DNA of 64,000 bases from Candidatus Nomurabacteria bacterium (GCA_052035405.1 JBPOHQ010000008.1:32893-96892); one strand, 5' to 3'. Positions 26,290 through 35,509 are shown, counted from the first letter of the stretch. Program-made: numbers and translations. Notes: generated by a model not told the origin, from the sequence alone.

Positions 26290-26360
26290 GCGGTTATGGT
26301 TTAGTGGTAGAACACGTCCTTGCCAAGGATGAGACGGGAGTTCGATTCTCCCTAGCCGCA
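26290..26360 (+). tRNA. tRNA-Gly(GCC), CCA not encoded
   Basis: Acceptor GCGGTTA/TAGCCGC, anticodon loop TT-GCC-AA, T-loop TTCGATT. Confidence 0.95.
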
Positions 26361-26371
26361 CAAATTCCAAG

Positions 26372-27964
26372 GTGGAACAAAATACTAAAAATTTAAAAAC
26401 AAAGATACCTAAAGAGGTTTCACATGTAACAAAAAACCTAGAAGAAGCTGGTTTTGATGTTTTTCTTGTTGGAGGGTGCGTAAGAGATATTTTAATGAAT
26501 AAAGAGCCTAAAGATTGGGATCTGACTACCAACGCTACTCCAGAACAGATTATTCCATTGTTCGACAAGACTGTGTACGAGAATAACTTCGGAACGGTAG
26601 CTGTTTGCGTGCCACGTGAAACAAAAAATACCTTTGTTCCGCATGAAACAGGAGTTTTTGATGTTTCACGTGGCACAAATGGTTCAACTAATAAAAATGT
26701 TACACATGTAACAGAAGAAAGTGTTCCACATGAAACGCTAGAATATGAGATAATTGAGGTTACTCCATATAGAACCGAGACAAAATACAGTGATTTTAGA
26801 CATCCCGATGAAGTAAAATTCAGCGATAAACTAGAAGATGATCTAAAAAGACGTGATTTTACAGTAAATGCTATGGTTATGGACTCTCAGGGTCATGTGC
26901 AGGATCTGTATAATGGTTTAACGGACATAAAGGACAAAATTTTAAGGACAGTAGGAGAGCCAGACGAGAGATTTAACGAAGATGCACTTAGAATGTTAAG
27001 AGCTGTTCGTTTTGCTTGCCAGCTTGGATTTTCTATTTCACATGAAACATCTGAAAGCATGTTTCGAAATGCCGATTTAATAAAAAAGATATCCACAGAG
27101 AGGATTCGTGATGAATTTTCAAAGATAATCATGTCACCGACTCCGGCCGCTGGAGTGGTTATGTTACAAAAATTTGGATTATTAAAACATGTTATTCCTG
27201 AGTTAGAGGAGGGTATAGGATGTGTTCAAGGTGGTGCACATATATACGATGTGTGGGAACATTTGTTAATGGCTCTCCAGCACGCTGCAGATAAAAATTG
27301 GCCATTTGAAATTCGTTTTGCCGCACTTATGCATGACATAGGTAAACCGAGAACTCGAAGACCTGGAGAAAAGAAAGCCTATACTTTCTACGGACATGAA
27401 GTCGTGGGTGCACGAATGGCGAAGAAAATAATGGAGAGATTAAAATATTCTAGAAAAGAAACAGAACTAGTGGAGATTTTTGTCCGAACTCACATGTTTT
27501 TCTCTGATACAGAGAAAATAACTCTCTCTGCTGTACGGAGAATTATTGCGAAAGTTGGAAAAGAAAATATTTGGTTACTTATGAATATTCGTGAGTGTGA
27601 CCGAGTCGGCATGAAAAAAACAGAAGCACCGTATAGATTACGTAAATACTTTGCCATGATAGAAGAAGCTCTTCGTGATCCTATTTCTGTGAAACAGCTT
27701 AAAATTGACGGAAGTTACATGATTAACATGTTACACATGAAACCTGGACCCCGCATGGGCTGGATGTTAAACGCTTTACTTGAAGAAGTTCTAGAAGATC
27801 CGACAAAGAATGAAATTGAGTATTTAAAAAATAAAATTCTAGAATTAGAAAAACTTGAGGATAAAGATTTACGAGAACTTGGCGAGAAAGGGAAAGAAGC
27901 AAAAGAAGAATTAGAAGAAGAAGAAATAGAAAAATTACATGCTAAGCATGGGGTAAAAAAATAA
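26372..27964 (+). CDS. cca: CCA-adding tRNA nucleotidyltransferase (class II, HD domain) with a parS-coded insertion
   Basis: LVGGCVRD, KDWDL, DLKRRDFTVNAM, RFNEDALRMLRAVRF, ERIRDEF, HDIGK, FYGHE. Confidence 0.92.
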   Translation: MEQNTKNLKTKIPKEVSHVTKNLEEAGFDVFLVGGCVRDILMNKEPKDWDLTTNATPEQIIPLFDKTVYENNFGTVAVCVPRETKNTFVPHETGVFDVSRGTNGSTNKNVTHVTEESVPHETLEYEIIEVTPYRTETKYSDFRHPDEVKFSDKLEDDLKRRDFTVNAMVMDSQGHVQDLYNGLTDIKDKILRTVGEPDERFNEDALRMLRAVRFACQLGFSISHETSESMFRNADLIKKISTERIRDEFSKIIMSPTPAAGVVMLQKFGLLKHVIPELEEGIGCVQGGAHIYDVWEHLLMALQHAADKNWPFEIRFAALMHDIGKPRTRRPGEKKAYTFYGHEVVGARMAKKIMERLKYSRKETELVEIFVRTHMFFSDTEKITLSAVRRIIAKVGKENIWLLMNIRECDRVGMKKTEAPYRLRKYFAMIEEALRDPISVKQLKIDGSYMINMLHMKPGPRMGWMLNALLEEVLEDPTKNEIEYLKNKILELEKLEDKDLRELGEKGKEAKEELEEEEIEKLHAKHGVKK

Positions 27965-27991
27965 AACACCACACACGTGGTGTTTTATTTT
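27958..27991. terminator. Bidirectional intrinsic terminator between convergent genes
   Basis: AAAATAAAACACCAC-acac-GTGGTGTTTTATTTT. Confidence 0.8.
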
Positions 27992-27996
27992 TTAGA

Positions 27997-28617
27997 CTAC
28001 TTAATTATTTTCTCAACTAATCGAGTGCTGTACGGAAACAAGTTAAAGATTACTGCGAGGGTGAAGAGTGTTAAAGAAAAAGTTGTACTGTAAAAAGACA
28101 GAGGAATAGCGATGAGTGCAAATATCATAGGTACGAGTGTGCGAATAGTACTTCCTTTTATTTCATGAGCACTTATTTCTGGATTTTTTATATGAGGAGA
28201 GAAAAGTACATATCGACGCATCCAATATAAACAAAGTCCTATGAGGATAATATGGATTCCGAATATAGTGATAGCGAGCTCGTTGGTATTAAAGTGTCCG
28301 AGTAAACTAGCTGAAAAAGGAAGGAGTGAAACAAACATGAAAAAGAGACCATTTATATTGGTAAGTGTTGCATCTATATTTTTTGCGTAGACTGAATTAA
28401 AAAAGTGGTGTGCTTTCCAGTATGTGAAAAGCAAAGAGAAGGTGAGTAGGTATGTTAGGAACGAAGGAACCAAAGAGATTACTTCATTTAAAAGTTCTAA
28501 ATTTGTTGCTTGTCCTAAATAAGATAAATAAGTGGGAACTTTTATTTCGAAAACAAGTATGGTCATAACGATGGCAAATATACCGTCGGATAGCTGGTCT
28601 AATCTTGAGTGGTTCAT
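27997..28617 (-). CDS. TMEM175 (DUF1211) family potassium channel protein
   Basis: RLDQLSDGIFAIVMTIL signature, YWKAHH, LLPFSASL. Confidence 0.88.
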   Translation of the reverse strand: MNHSRLDQLSDGIFAIVMTILVFEIKVPTYLSYLGQATNLELLNEVISLVPSFLTYLLTFSLLFTYWKAHHFFNSVYAKNIDATLTNINGLFFMFVSLLPFSASLLGHFNTNELAITIFGIHIILIGLCLYWMRRYVLFSPHIKNPEISAHEIKGSTIRTLVPMIFALIAIPLSFYSTTFSLTLFTLAVIFNLFPYSTRLVEKIIK

Positions 28618-28722
28618 GTTTTGATTATATCAAATAAAAGAATTATTAAAACAAGACTGTTCGGGTTTGGTCTCTATAAATGCTATAATGGAGTATTAAT
28701 ATAAATAAAAAGATATAAAATC

Positions 28723-29211
28723 ATGATTTCAAAAGAACAATACTTAGAAGCAATAAAAAAGGAGATTTCAATAATTAAACACCTAGGAGAAAAAATTACA
28801 GAGGAACAGCTTGCTTTTAAGCCGACAGAAGGTCAGCGTACCATGCAGGAATTAATGCAATATTTAACGACTATATTTGTTATGGGTGCAGATAGCGTGG
28901 CAACTGGTGACGGTGAGGCGTATAAGAAATACATTGGTTCACCTATGCCTACACGAGAGAACTTCAGTTCGATGATGGATGAAGAGCTTGCTAAATTTGT
29001 GGGATTCGTAGAGCCTCTCAGTGAAGAAGATATGAAAGTTGAAATCTCTATGTGGGGGATGAATCAGTCTCGTGCGAAGCATCTCCTTGGACTTCTCAAC
29101 ATTGCATCTGCATATAAAATGCAAATGTTTTTGTACATGAAACAGACGGGGATGACGCACTTAAATACCATGAATCTTTGGGCGGGAATGGATACTCCAC
29201 CAAAAGAGTAA
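28723..29211 (+). CDS. DinB/YfiT-like protein
   Basis: LAFKPTEGQRTMQELMQYL and AYKMQMFLYMKQ.G pattern of the DinB four-helix family. Confidence 0.65.
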   Translation: MISKEQYLEAIKKEISIIKHLGEKITEEQLAFKPTEGQRTMQELMQYLTTIFVMGADSVATGDGEAYKKYIGSPMPTRENFSSMMDEELAKFVGFVEPLSEEDMKVEISMWGMNQSRAKHLLGLLNIASAYKMQMFLYMKQTGMTHLNTMNLWAGMDTPPKE

Positions 29212-29216
29212 TTTAT

Positions 29217-30008
29217 TTAAATCTCAATCATCACAGGGCAATGATCTGATCCCAATACTTCTGGTAGGATTTTCGCATCTTTAACTTTCTGTTTTAACTT
29301 TTCACTTACAAAAAAGTAATCTATTCTCCATCCGGCGTTTCGCTCTCGTGCTTTTGCAAAGTGACTCCACCAAGTATAGTGACCACTCCCTTGTGTAAAC
29401 ATTCTAAATGTATCTACGAATCCAAGTTTTATCATGTTGTCTATACCCTCCCGCTCTTCTTCGGTGAATCCTTTTACTCCAACGTTTTGTTTTGGTCGAG
29501 CGAGGTCGTCTGGAGTGTGGGCGACATTTAAGTCTCCGCAAAAGATGACAGGTTTATTTTTTTCTAACTCTTTCATATACGCGAGGAACGCAGGGTCCCA
29601 ACTTTTATGACGGAGGGGGATACGAGAAAGGTCATCTTTTGCGTTTGGGGTGTACACATTTGCGATGTAAAAGTTTTTATATTCTGCTACGATGACACGG
29701 CCTTCTTTATTTGGATCCCCGTAGCCATCATCTTTAATCTTGTACTTTTTAGCAATTTTTTCTGGAAGGTCAAAGACTACAGAAATAGGTTTTTCTTTAG
29801 TAAATATTGCCGTGCCGCTGTAGCCTTTGCGAGTAGCGGAATTCCAATACTCTTCGTAGTCTGTTAGATCTACTTCACTTTGGTGTTGTTCTGCTTTTGT
29901 CTCTTGGAGACAGAGAATATCTGGCTGATATGTTTCAATAAAAGAAACAAAAAGTCCTTTTCTGTGCACTGCTCGTATGCCGTTTACATTCCAAGAAATT
30001 ATTTTCAT
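29217..30008 (-). CDS. xth: Exodeoxyribonuclease III / AP endonuclease
   Basis: ISWNVNGIRA, LCLQETK, YTPN, CGDLNVAH, YTWWS, GWRIDYF, GSDHCP. Confidence 0.95.
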   Translation of the reverse strand: MKIISWNVNGIRAVHRKGLFVSFIETYQPDILCLQETKAEQHQSEVDLTDYEEYWNSATRKGYSGTAIFTKEKPISVVFDLPEKIAKKYKIKDDGYGDPNKEGRVIVAEYKNFYIANVYTPNAKDDLSRIPLRHKSWDPAFLAYMKELEKNKPVIFCGDLNVAHTPDDLARPKQNVGVKGFTEEEREGIDNMIKLGFVDTFRMFTQGSGHYTWWSHFAKARERNAGWRIDYFFVSEKLKQKVKDAKILPEVLGSDHCPVMIEI

Positions 30009-30142
30009 TACTCAAATAATAGCATATCTAGTTTATCAATACTTAAAAATAAAGTAGACAAAAAGTTATATATATATTAGTCTTTGAATGAAAGATCTTG
30101 AAAAATAGATCTAATTTCTTTTAACTAACATTTCTTTTGTTT

Positions 30143-30310
30143 ATGAAAAAGAAAGTATTTGAACGATTACTAATAATCCTATTTATCCTATTAATAGTTA
30201 TCCATTTTTCCGGTTATCTTCTACTTTCTTATCAAATGGGAGAAATTGATCGACTTAAAGAAAAAAGGGATACAGTTGTAACTAATATAAAAATTTTACA
30301 AAGGGAGTGA
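30143..30310 (+). CDS. Small (55 aa) single-TM protein with a short coiled coil
   Basis: Hand translation MKKKVFERLLIILFILLIVIHFSGYLLLSYQMGEIDRLKEKRDTVVTNIKILQRE; below the ORF-track cutoff; followed by a terminator. Confidence 0.6.
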   Translation: MKKKVFERLLIILFILLIVIHFSGYLLLSYQMGEIDRLKEKRDTVVTNIKILQRE

Positions 30311-30322
30311 TTATTTTAACTT

Positions 30323-30349
30323 CGCCGGAGACCTCAACGTTCTCCGGCG
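30323..30349. terminator. Intrinsic terminator hairpin
   Basis: CGCCGGAGA-cctcaacgt-TCTCCGGCG followed by TTTCTGTCTTT. Confidence 0.7.
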
Positions 30350-30375
30350 TTTCTGTCTTTACTTGGTTTTTTATC

Positions 30376-31311
30376 TTATCTCTTACTATGATATTTTTTA
30401 TGAGTCTCTAAAAGTTTTTTGTCGGTGACGTGAGTGTATATCTGCGTAGTAGAAATACTTGAGTGTCCAAGCATCATCTGTACAGAACGTAAGTCTGCAC
30501 CGTTACCGAGCAAGTCCGTTGCAAACATATGACGCATAACGTGAGGAGTAACCTTTTTAGATATTCCAGCCTTAGTCGCATGTTGTTTAACAATCCTTTC
30601 TATTGATCTTTTCCCTAGACCTTTCATATCCATATTTTTCTTTGAAATATTTTTTTTATCAATATCGTTCCCAACTTGTACAAATAACGCTTCGGACATG
30701 TCTTTACGTAATGCTAAATATTTCTTTACTGCTTCTTTGGCTGTATCAGAAATAAATACTACGCGAACTTTACCACCTTTACCTCGCACAGATAATTCGT
30801 CTGTAGTTAAATCGATATCAGCCGTTAAGGAACAAAGTTCTGAAACACGTAATCCGGTGGAGAATAGAAGCTCTAGAATGGCCTTATCTCTCACATCTTT
30901 TATGTCCGAACCTTTTGGGGAATCTAAAAGTCTGTTTAATTCTGTTTCAGTAATGAGGTCAAGTTGACGTTCTCCAACTTTTGCGAGCTCTATTTTCTCT
31001 GCGGACATTGTCCTTATCTCTTGACGTGTGAGATATTTAAGGAATGCACGTAACGCTATCAGGTAATAATTTTGAGTTTTTTTAGAAAGAGTTTCTCCTT
31101 TATCTTTATGGTGACCTGTACTTTGTCTATTGAGCCATAGTCTAAATTCACGGACCATGGTGTCATTTATTTTTTCTGGATCATCATTTTTTGTGTAGTC
31201 TAAAAATCTACTGAGATAATGGTCATAATTCTCGACTGTTTTGAGCGATCTACCTTTTTCTATCTCTACGTATTCTAGAAATTGAGTCTTTAGTTTTTTA
31301 AGGGATGCCAT
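30376..31311 (-). CDS. XerC/XerD-family tyrosine recombinase (housekeeping type)
   Basis: RDKAILELLFSTGLRVSEL, GKGGKVR, TPHVMRHMFATDLL.NGADLRSVQMMLGHSSISTTQIYTHV. Confidence 0.9.
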   Translation of the reverse strand: MASLKKLKTQFLEYVEIEKGRSLKTVENYDHYLSRFLDYTKNDDPEKINDTMVREFRLWLNRQSTGHHKDKGETLSKKTQNYYLIALRAFLKYLTRQEIRTMSAEKIELAKVGERQLDLITETELNRLLDSPKGSDIKDVRDKAILELLFSTGLRVSELCSLTADIDLTTDELSVRGKGGKVRVVFISDTAKEAVKKYLALRKDMSEALFVQVGNDIDKKNISKKNMDMKGLGKRSIERIVKQHATKAGISKKVTPHVMRHMFATDLLGNGADLRSVQMMLGHSSISTTQIYTHVTDKKLLETHKKYHSKR

Positions 31312-31388
31312 GGATGTATTTTATCATACTATTGTGCGACATAGACATGGGCTTGCTTTTTTTCGTGATATATGATAGTATACTAATC

Positions 31389-31652
31389 ATGTTAGCAACA
31401 AAGAAAAAACAAGCAGTTATAAAGAAACATCAAATTCACGATAAAGATACAGGGTCTACTGTGGTTCAGGTGGCTATTTTGTCTACTAAAATTGATGAAT
31501 TGGCAAAACATTTAAAGAAACACAAGAAAGATAATCATTCTCGACGTGGCTTAATAAAAATGGTTGCAGATCGAAGAACTCATTTAAAATACTTAGAGCG
31601 AAAAGACAAGACTCAACACGCTGCTCTCTTAAAAAAGATGGACCTTGCTTAA
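31389..31652 (+). CDS. rpsO: 30S ribosomal protein S15 (start MLATKKK)
   Basis: HDKDTGSTVVQVAIL, HLKKHKKDNHSRRGLIKMV. Confidence 0.96.
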   Translation: MLATKKKQAVIKKHQIHDKDTGSTVVQVAILSTKIDELAKHLKKHKKDNHSRRGLIKMVADRRTHLKYLERKDKTQHAALLKKMDLA

Positions 31653-31761
31653 AAGCAAGGTTTTTCTTTACTTCTATTTTCTATATAGTGATATACTTAG
31701 ATAAGTTTTTTACACGTTTTGTTTTCAATTTTTTTTAATAATATTAATCTAATTTTTATAT

Positions 31762-32271
31762 ATGACAGTTATAAAACACAAAGAGCAAAGAGTAGGGGTT
31801 TTTATAGATACTCAAAATCTATATCACTCAGCTCGTAATTTATACAAAGCTCGAGTTAACTTTGGTGCAGTATTAAAGGACGCCGTTGCAGGACGCAAAC
31901 TGGTCCGTGCAGTAGCGTACGTCATCACCACAGAAGCAGGGGATGAGAAAAACTTTTTTGAAGCTCTTACTAAGCTAGGTATAGAGACTAAGACAAAAGA
32001 TCTACAAGTGTTTCACACTGGTACAAAAAAGGGTGACTGGGATGTGGGGCTCACAGTGGACGCTATCAAAATGGCTCCACGACTAGACTCTGTTGTAATC
32101 ATCTCTGGAGATGGGGATTTTATTCCGCTCGTAGAATACTTACAGACTATGGGAGTACAAGTCGAAGTTGTTTCTTTTGGAAAATCAACATCTTCTAATC
32201 TTCGTGACACAGTAGACGACTTTGTAGACCTCTCTGAGAATCCAAAGAAGTATCTTATAGGGCTGCACTAA
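31762..32271 (+). CDS. NYN domain (LabA/DUF88, PIN-like) protein
   Basis: VFIDTQNL, KGDWDVGLTVD, ISGDGDFIPL, G..VEVV, S..L...VDDF. Confidence 0.9.
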   Translation: MTVIKHKEQRVGVFIDTQNLYHSARNLYKARVNFGAVLKDAVAGRKLVRAVAYVITTEAGDEKNFFEALTKLGIETKTKDLQVFHTGTKKGDWDVGLTVDAIKMAPRLDSVVIISGDGDFIPLVEYLQTMGVQVEVVSFGKSTSSNLRDTVDDFVDLSENPKKYLIGLH

Positions 32272-32345
32272 GAAGAAACTCTTATAAGGTTTTTTACAAA
32301 AAAGCATTAAAATGCTACTATCTTACTATATTTACTAGTTAATCA

Positions 32346-32422
32346 GGTTCGTCTTTAGATAGAGATAATGTTAATCAGGCAGAATGTGTCTGTGAAACAA
32401 TACTTTATTCTAAAGAGGAATC
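32346..32422 (+). promoter_or_regulatory. Long stem in the pnp leader (probable RNase III / autoregulatory structure)
   Basis: GGTTC-G-TCTTTAGA...TCTAAAGA-G-GAATC pairing upstream of pnp, analogous to known pnp leaders. Confidence 0.45.
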
Positions 32423-32453
32423 AAACACTAGGTACATTGCCTAGGAATTATAT

Positions 32454-34577
32454 ATGCAAAAGAAAGAATATGAAGTGGAAATTGGCGGCAAGAAATTGAC
32501 TGCTATTTTTAGTGATTTAGCAGATCAAGCTCACGGATCAGTGATGCTTAAATATGGAGAGACTATAGTACTCGCGACAGCTTGTATGTCTAAAGACAAA
32601 CAAGCGGGACTCGGATTTTTTAATCTGACTGTAGATTATGCAGAGAAGTTTTATGCAACAGGTAAAATTCTTGGCTCTCAATATGTCCGTCGCGAAGGTA
32701 AACCTTCAACAGAAGCAATTCTAGCAAGTCGTGTGATTGACCGAACACTCCGACCACTTTTTGATCAGAAACTCAGACATGCGGTACAAGTTATCGTGAC
32801 GGTTATTGCCTGTGATGATAACGATCCAGCCATGCTTGCGGTGAATGCTGCATCACTTGCACTTTCTGTATCTAATATTCCTTGGAAAGGTCCAGTAGGA
32901 TGCGTCAGAATTGGTAAGTATGACAGTGATACATTAACTGTAAATGCATCGACAACTTTACGGGGAGAAGAGTATCCATACAAATTTGATTTAACTGTAT
33001 GTGGACAAAACGGCACTATTAATATGATAGAAGCAGCAGCGAGACAAGCAAAGGAGGAAGATTTAAAAGAAGCACTAGAAGTAGCAAGTCTTGAAATAAC
33101 TAAACTCGAAGAATTCCAGAAAAATATTGTAAAAGAAATTGGTAAAGAAAAAAGAGTAATCACTCATGAGAAAATTAGCGATGAATCTGTGAATTTATTT
33201 AATCAACACATCCTACCAAAAATGGAAGAAGCAATATTCGCAGGTGCAGGAAAAGCAAAAATAGACATGTTGCATACGGAATGGAATGACTTAGTGAAAG
33301 AATATTACGCAGAAAAAAATCCAGACAAAAAAGACTTTTCTTTAGAGGATGATTTATTTGATGATACTGAAAACGACATGCTCCATGAGAAAGCTATCAA
33401 AGAAAACAAGAGAGCTGATGGAAGAAGAATGGATGAAGTCCGTGAACTGTATGCACAAGCTGGTGGGCTTTCAAGTATTCTACATGGCTCAGGAATATTT
33501 TACCGTGGAGGGACCCATGTACTTTCAGTGCTCACACTTGGTGGACCTGGAGATAAACAAGAGGTGAATGGTATGGATGTCACCGCTTCACGAAGATTTA
33601 TGCATCACTATAACTTCCCTCCATTCTCAGCTGGAGAGCCTGGACGATCAGGATTTACCAATCGTCGTGAAGTAGGACATGGAGCTCTTGCTGAGAAGGC
33701 AATACTGATGGTTCTTCCAGATAAAGAAACTTTCCCTTATACAATCCGTGTTGTGTCTGAATCTATGGCATCCAACGGTTCTACTTCACAAGCTTCTATT
33801 TGTGCGACAACACTTGCACTTATGGATGGAGGTGTGCCGATACTTGCACCAGTTGCTGGTATTGCAATGGGACTTATGTATGAAAATGATACTGCATACA
33901 AAGTGCTTACCGATATTCAAGGACCAGAAGATCATCATGGAGATATGGACTTCAAAGTTGCTGGAACACGTGATGGAATTACTGCAATACAACTTGATGT
34001 AAAAGTAGATGGAGTGCCAATTAAAATATTAGGCGAAGCGATGATCCAAGCGAAAGCTGCACGTATGACTATTTTAGACAGGATCGAAAAAGAAATAGCA
34101 CAACCACGAAAAGAAATTTCTCCAAACGCACCAAAAATAATTTCTATTAAAATAAATCCAGAAAAGATAGGTCTGGTTATCGGTTCTGGAGGCAAGACAA
34201 TTAAAGATATAAAAGAAAGAACTGGAGCAGAAATAACCATAGAAGATGATGGAACTGTATACTTTACTGGTACAGGAGAAGCACCTGTATTAGCTCAAAA
34301 GATAGTAGAAGAGATGACTCATGAGTTTAAAGTTGGTGAAGTTTTAAAAGGTGAGGTGGTAAAAATAGCTGACTTCGGAGCTTTTATACGATTAAATGAT
34401 TTTTCTGACGGGATGGTTCACATTTCTGAATTGGCACCATTTCGTGTAGACCGAGTAGCTGATATAATGAAAGAAGGGATGATTGTGCCGATAAAGGTTA
34501 TTGGTATTGATACACAAAAAGGTAAAATTAGTTTGTCTATAAAAGAAGCAGATCAAAACTTTTTCAAAAAAGTTTGA
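32454..34577 (+). CDS. pnp: Polyribonucleotide nucleotidyltransferase
   Basis: SRVIDRTLRPLF, RADGR, FMHHYNFPPFSAGE, RREVGHGALA, SNGSTS, GDMDFKVAG, KH and S1 domains. Confidence 0.97.
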   Translation: MQKKEYEVEIGGKKLTAIFSDLADQAHGSVMLKYGETIVLATACMSKDKQAGLGFFNLTVDYAEKFYATGKILGSQYVRREGKPSTEAILASRVIDRTLRPLFDQKLRHAVQVIVTVIACDDNDPAMLAVNAASLALSVSNIPWKGPVGCVRIGKYDSDTLTVNASTTLRGEEYPYKFDLTVCGQNGTINMIEAAARQAKEEDLKEALEVASLEITKLEEFQKNIVKEIGKEKRVITHEKISDESVNLFNQHILPKMEEAIFAGAGKAKIDMLHTEWNDLVKEYYAEKNPDKKDFSLEDDLFDDTENDMLHEKAIKENKRADGRRMDEVRELYAQAGGLSSILHGSGIFYRGGTHVLSVLTLGGPGDKQEVNGMDVTASRRFMHHYNFPPFSAGEPGRSGFTNRREVGHGALAEKAILMVLPDKETFPYTIRVVSESMASNGSTSQASICATTLALMDGGVPILAPVAGIAMGLMYENDTAYKVLTDIQGPEDHHGDMDFKVAGTRDGITAIQLDVKVDGVPIKILGEAMIQAKAARMTILDRIEKEIAQPRKEISPNAPKIISIKINPEKIGLVIGSGGKTIKDIKERTGAEITIEDDGTVYFTGTGEAPVLAQKIVEEMTHEFKVGEVLKGEVVKIADFGAFIRLNDFSDGMVHISELAPFRVDRVADIMKEGMIVPIKVIGIDTQKGKISLSIKEADQNFFKKV

Positions 34578-34594
34578 TTAATCTAAATTCTTAG

Positions 34595-35509
34595 ATGATA
34601 AAAGACGAAAAACTACAAACAAAAGTTATAGAAACATATACTGGTGATATGCTGAAGGCTATCAACCAAAACGAAGGCGGGCTCATACAGAAAATAATTC
34701 ACGAACAAGAAGCTCATGAAGCAGAAAAACAAAATTTTTCTCCACAATCGAAACAAAATAGAATTTTTACTATTGTTGGTTTTGTTTTAATCCTTGCTGC
34801 TCTCTCTGGTATTGGATATGTTTTTCTGAAGAAGGATGACGGTACCGTAGCTATTGCACCACAATTTACACCACTGATTTTTACAGATAAGACTCGGTTC
34901 TTGGATATAACTGGTATGGGTAAAGAAAAAATTATAGACTCTATTCTTGTGGCAAGTAAAACTGCAGAGCTGAAACCAGGAGGAATTCATGCTCTATACA
35001 CAATGAGAAACAATAGGGTTCTAGGACTTACAGATTTCCTTAAAGCTATCCAATCAAATTTAATATTTGGACCAAATGACTTTGTAAACGAGAATTTCCT
35101 TCTAGGAATATCGAGTCCTCAATCAAGGTTTGAGACTGAAGTGGTAGTAGACCCTACCAAAATAATTGCTCCGCCACCTACTGTAATAGGGGGAAACTTG
35201 TTTATTCTCTTAAAAATTCGCTCCTTTACTGACATTTTTAAGACTATGCAAGATTGGGAAAAGAAAATGTTTGTCGATATGCATGATTTTTTTGGTATTC
35301 CTATCTCCACAGAAACAAGCTACCTTATAACTAAAGACTTTGAGAATGATATTATTCAGAATAAAAATGCTCGAGTATTACGTGACAAAGAAGCAAATAT
35401 TGTAATGATGTATGTTTTTGCTGATGATAATACTATTGTTATATCCAACAAAGAAGAAACTGTTCGTGAAATTATAGGAAGATTGGCGGGAAGTAAGGTT
35501 AAAAAATAA
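34595..35509 (+). CDS. Membrane-anchored hypothetical protein
   Basis: 304-aa ORF with a single TM helix near residues 58-78 and an M..WE motif. Confidence 0.7.
   Translation: MIKDEKLQTKVIETYTGDMLKAINQNEGGLIQKIIHEQEAHEAEKQNFSPQSKQNRIFTIVGFVLILAALSGIGYVFLKKDDGTVAIAPQFTPLIFTDKTRFLDITGMGKEKIIDSILVASKTAELKPGGIHALYTMRNNRVLGLTDFLKAIQSNLIFGPNDFVNENFLLGISSPQSRFETEVVVDPTKIIAPPPTVIGGNLFILLKIRSFTDIFKTMQDWEKKMFVDMHDFFGIPISTETSYLITKDFENDIIQNKNARVLRDKEANIVMMYVFADDNTIVISNKEETVREIIGRLAGSKVKK

Larger units (their letters stand above)
25491..27049. repeat. Cluster of about 13 parS-like 16-bp palindromes (candidate bacterial centromere)
   Basis: Matches to TGTTTCACGTGAAACA starting at 25491, 25518, 25545, 25572, 25797, 25842, 26416, 26608, 26635, 26662, 26698, 26722 and 27034. 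Confidence 0.85.

Noticed and set aside
30376-31311. Tyrosine recombinase as a prophage or ICE integrase
   Set aside because: Motifs are XerC/D housekeeping type, flanked by xth and rpsO, with no att repeats or mobile cargo.
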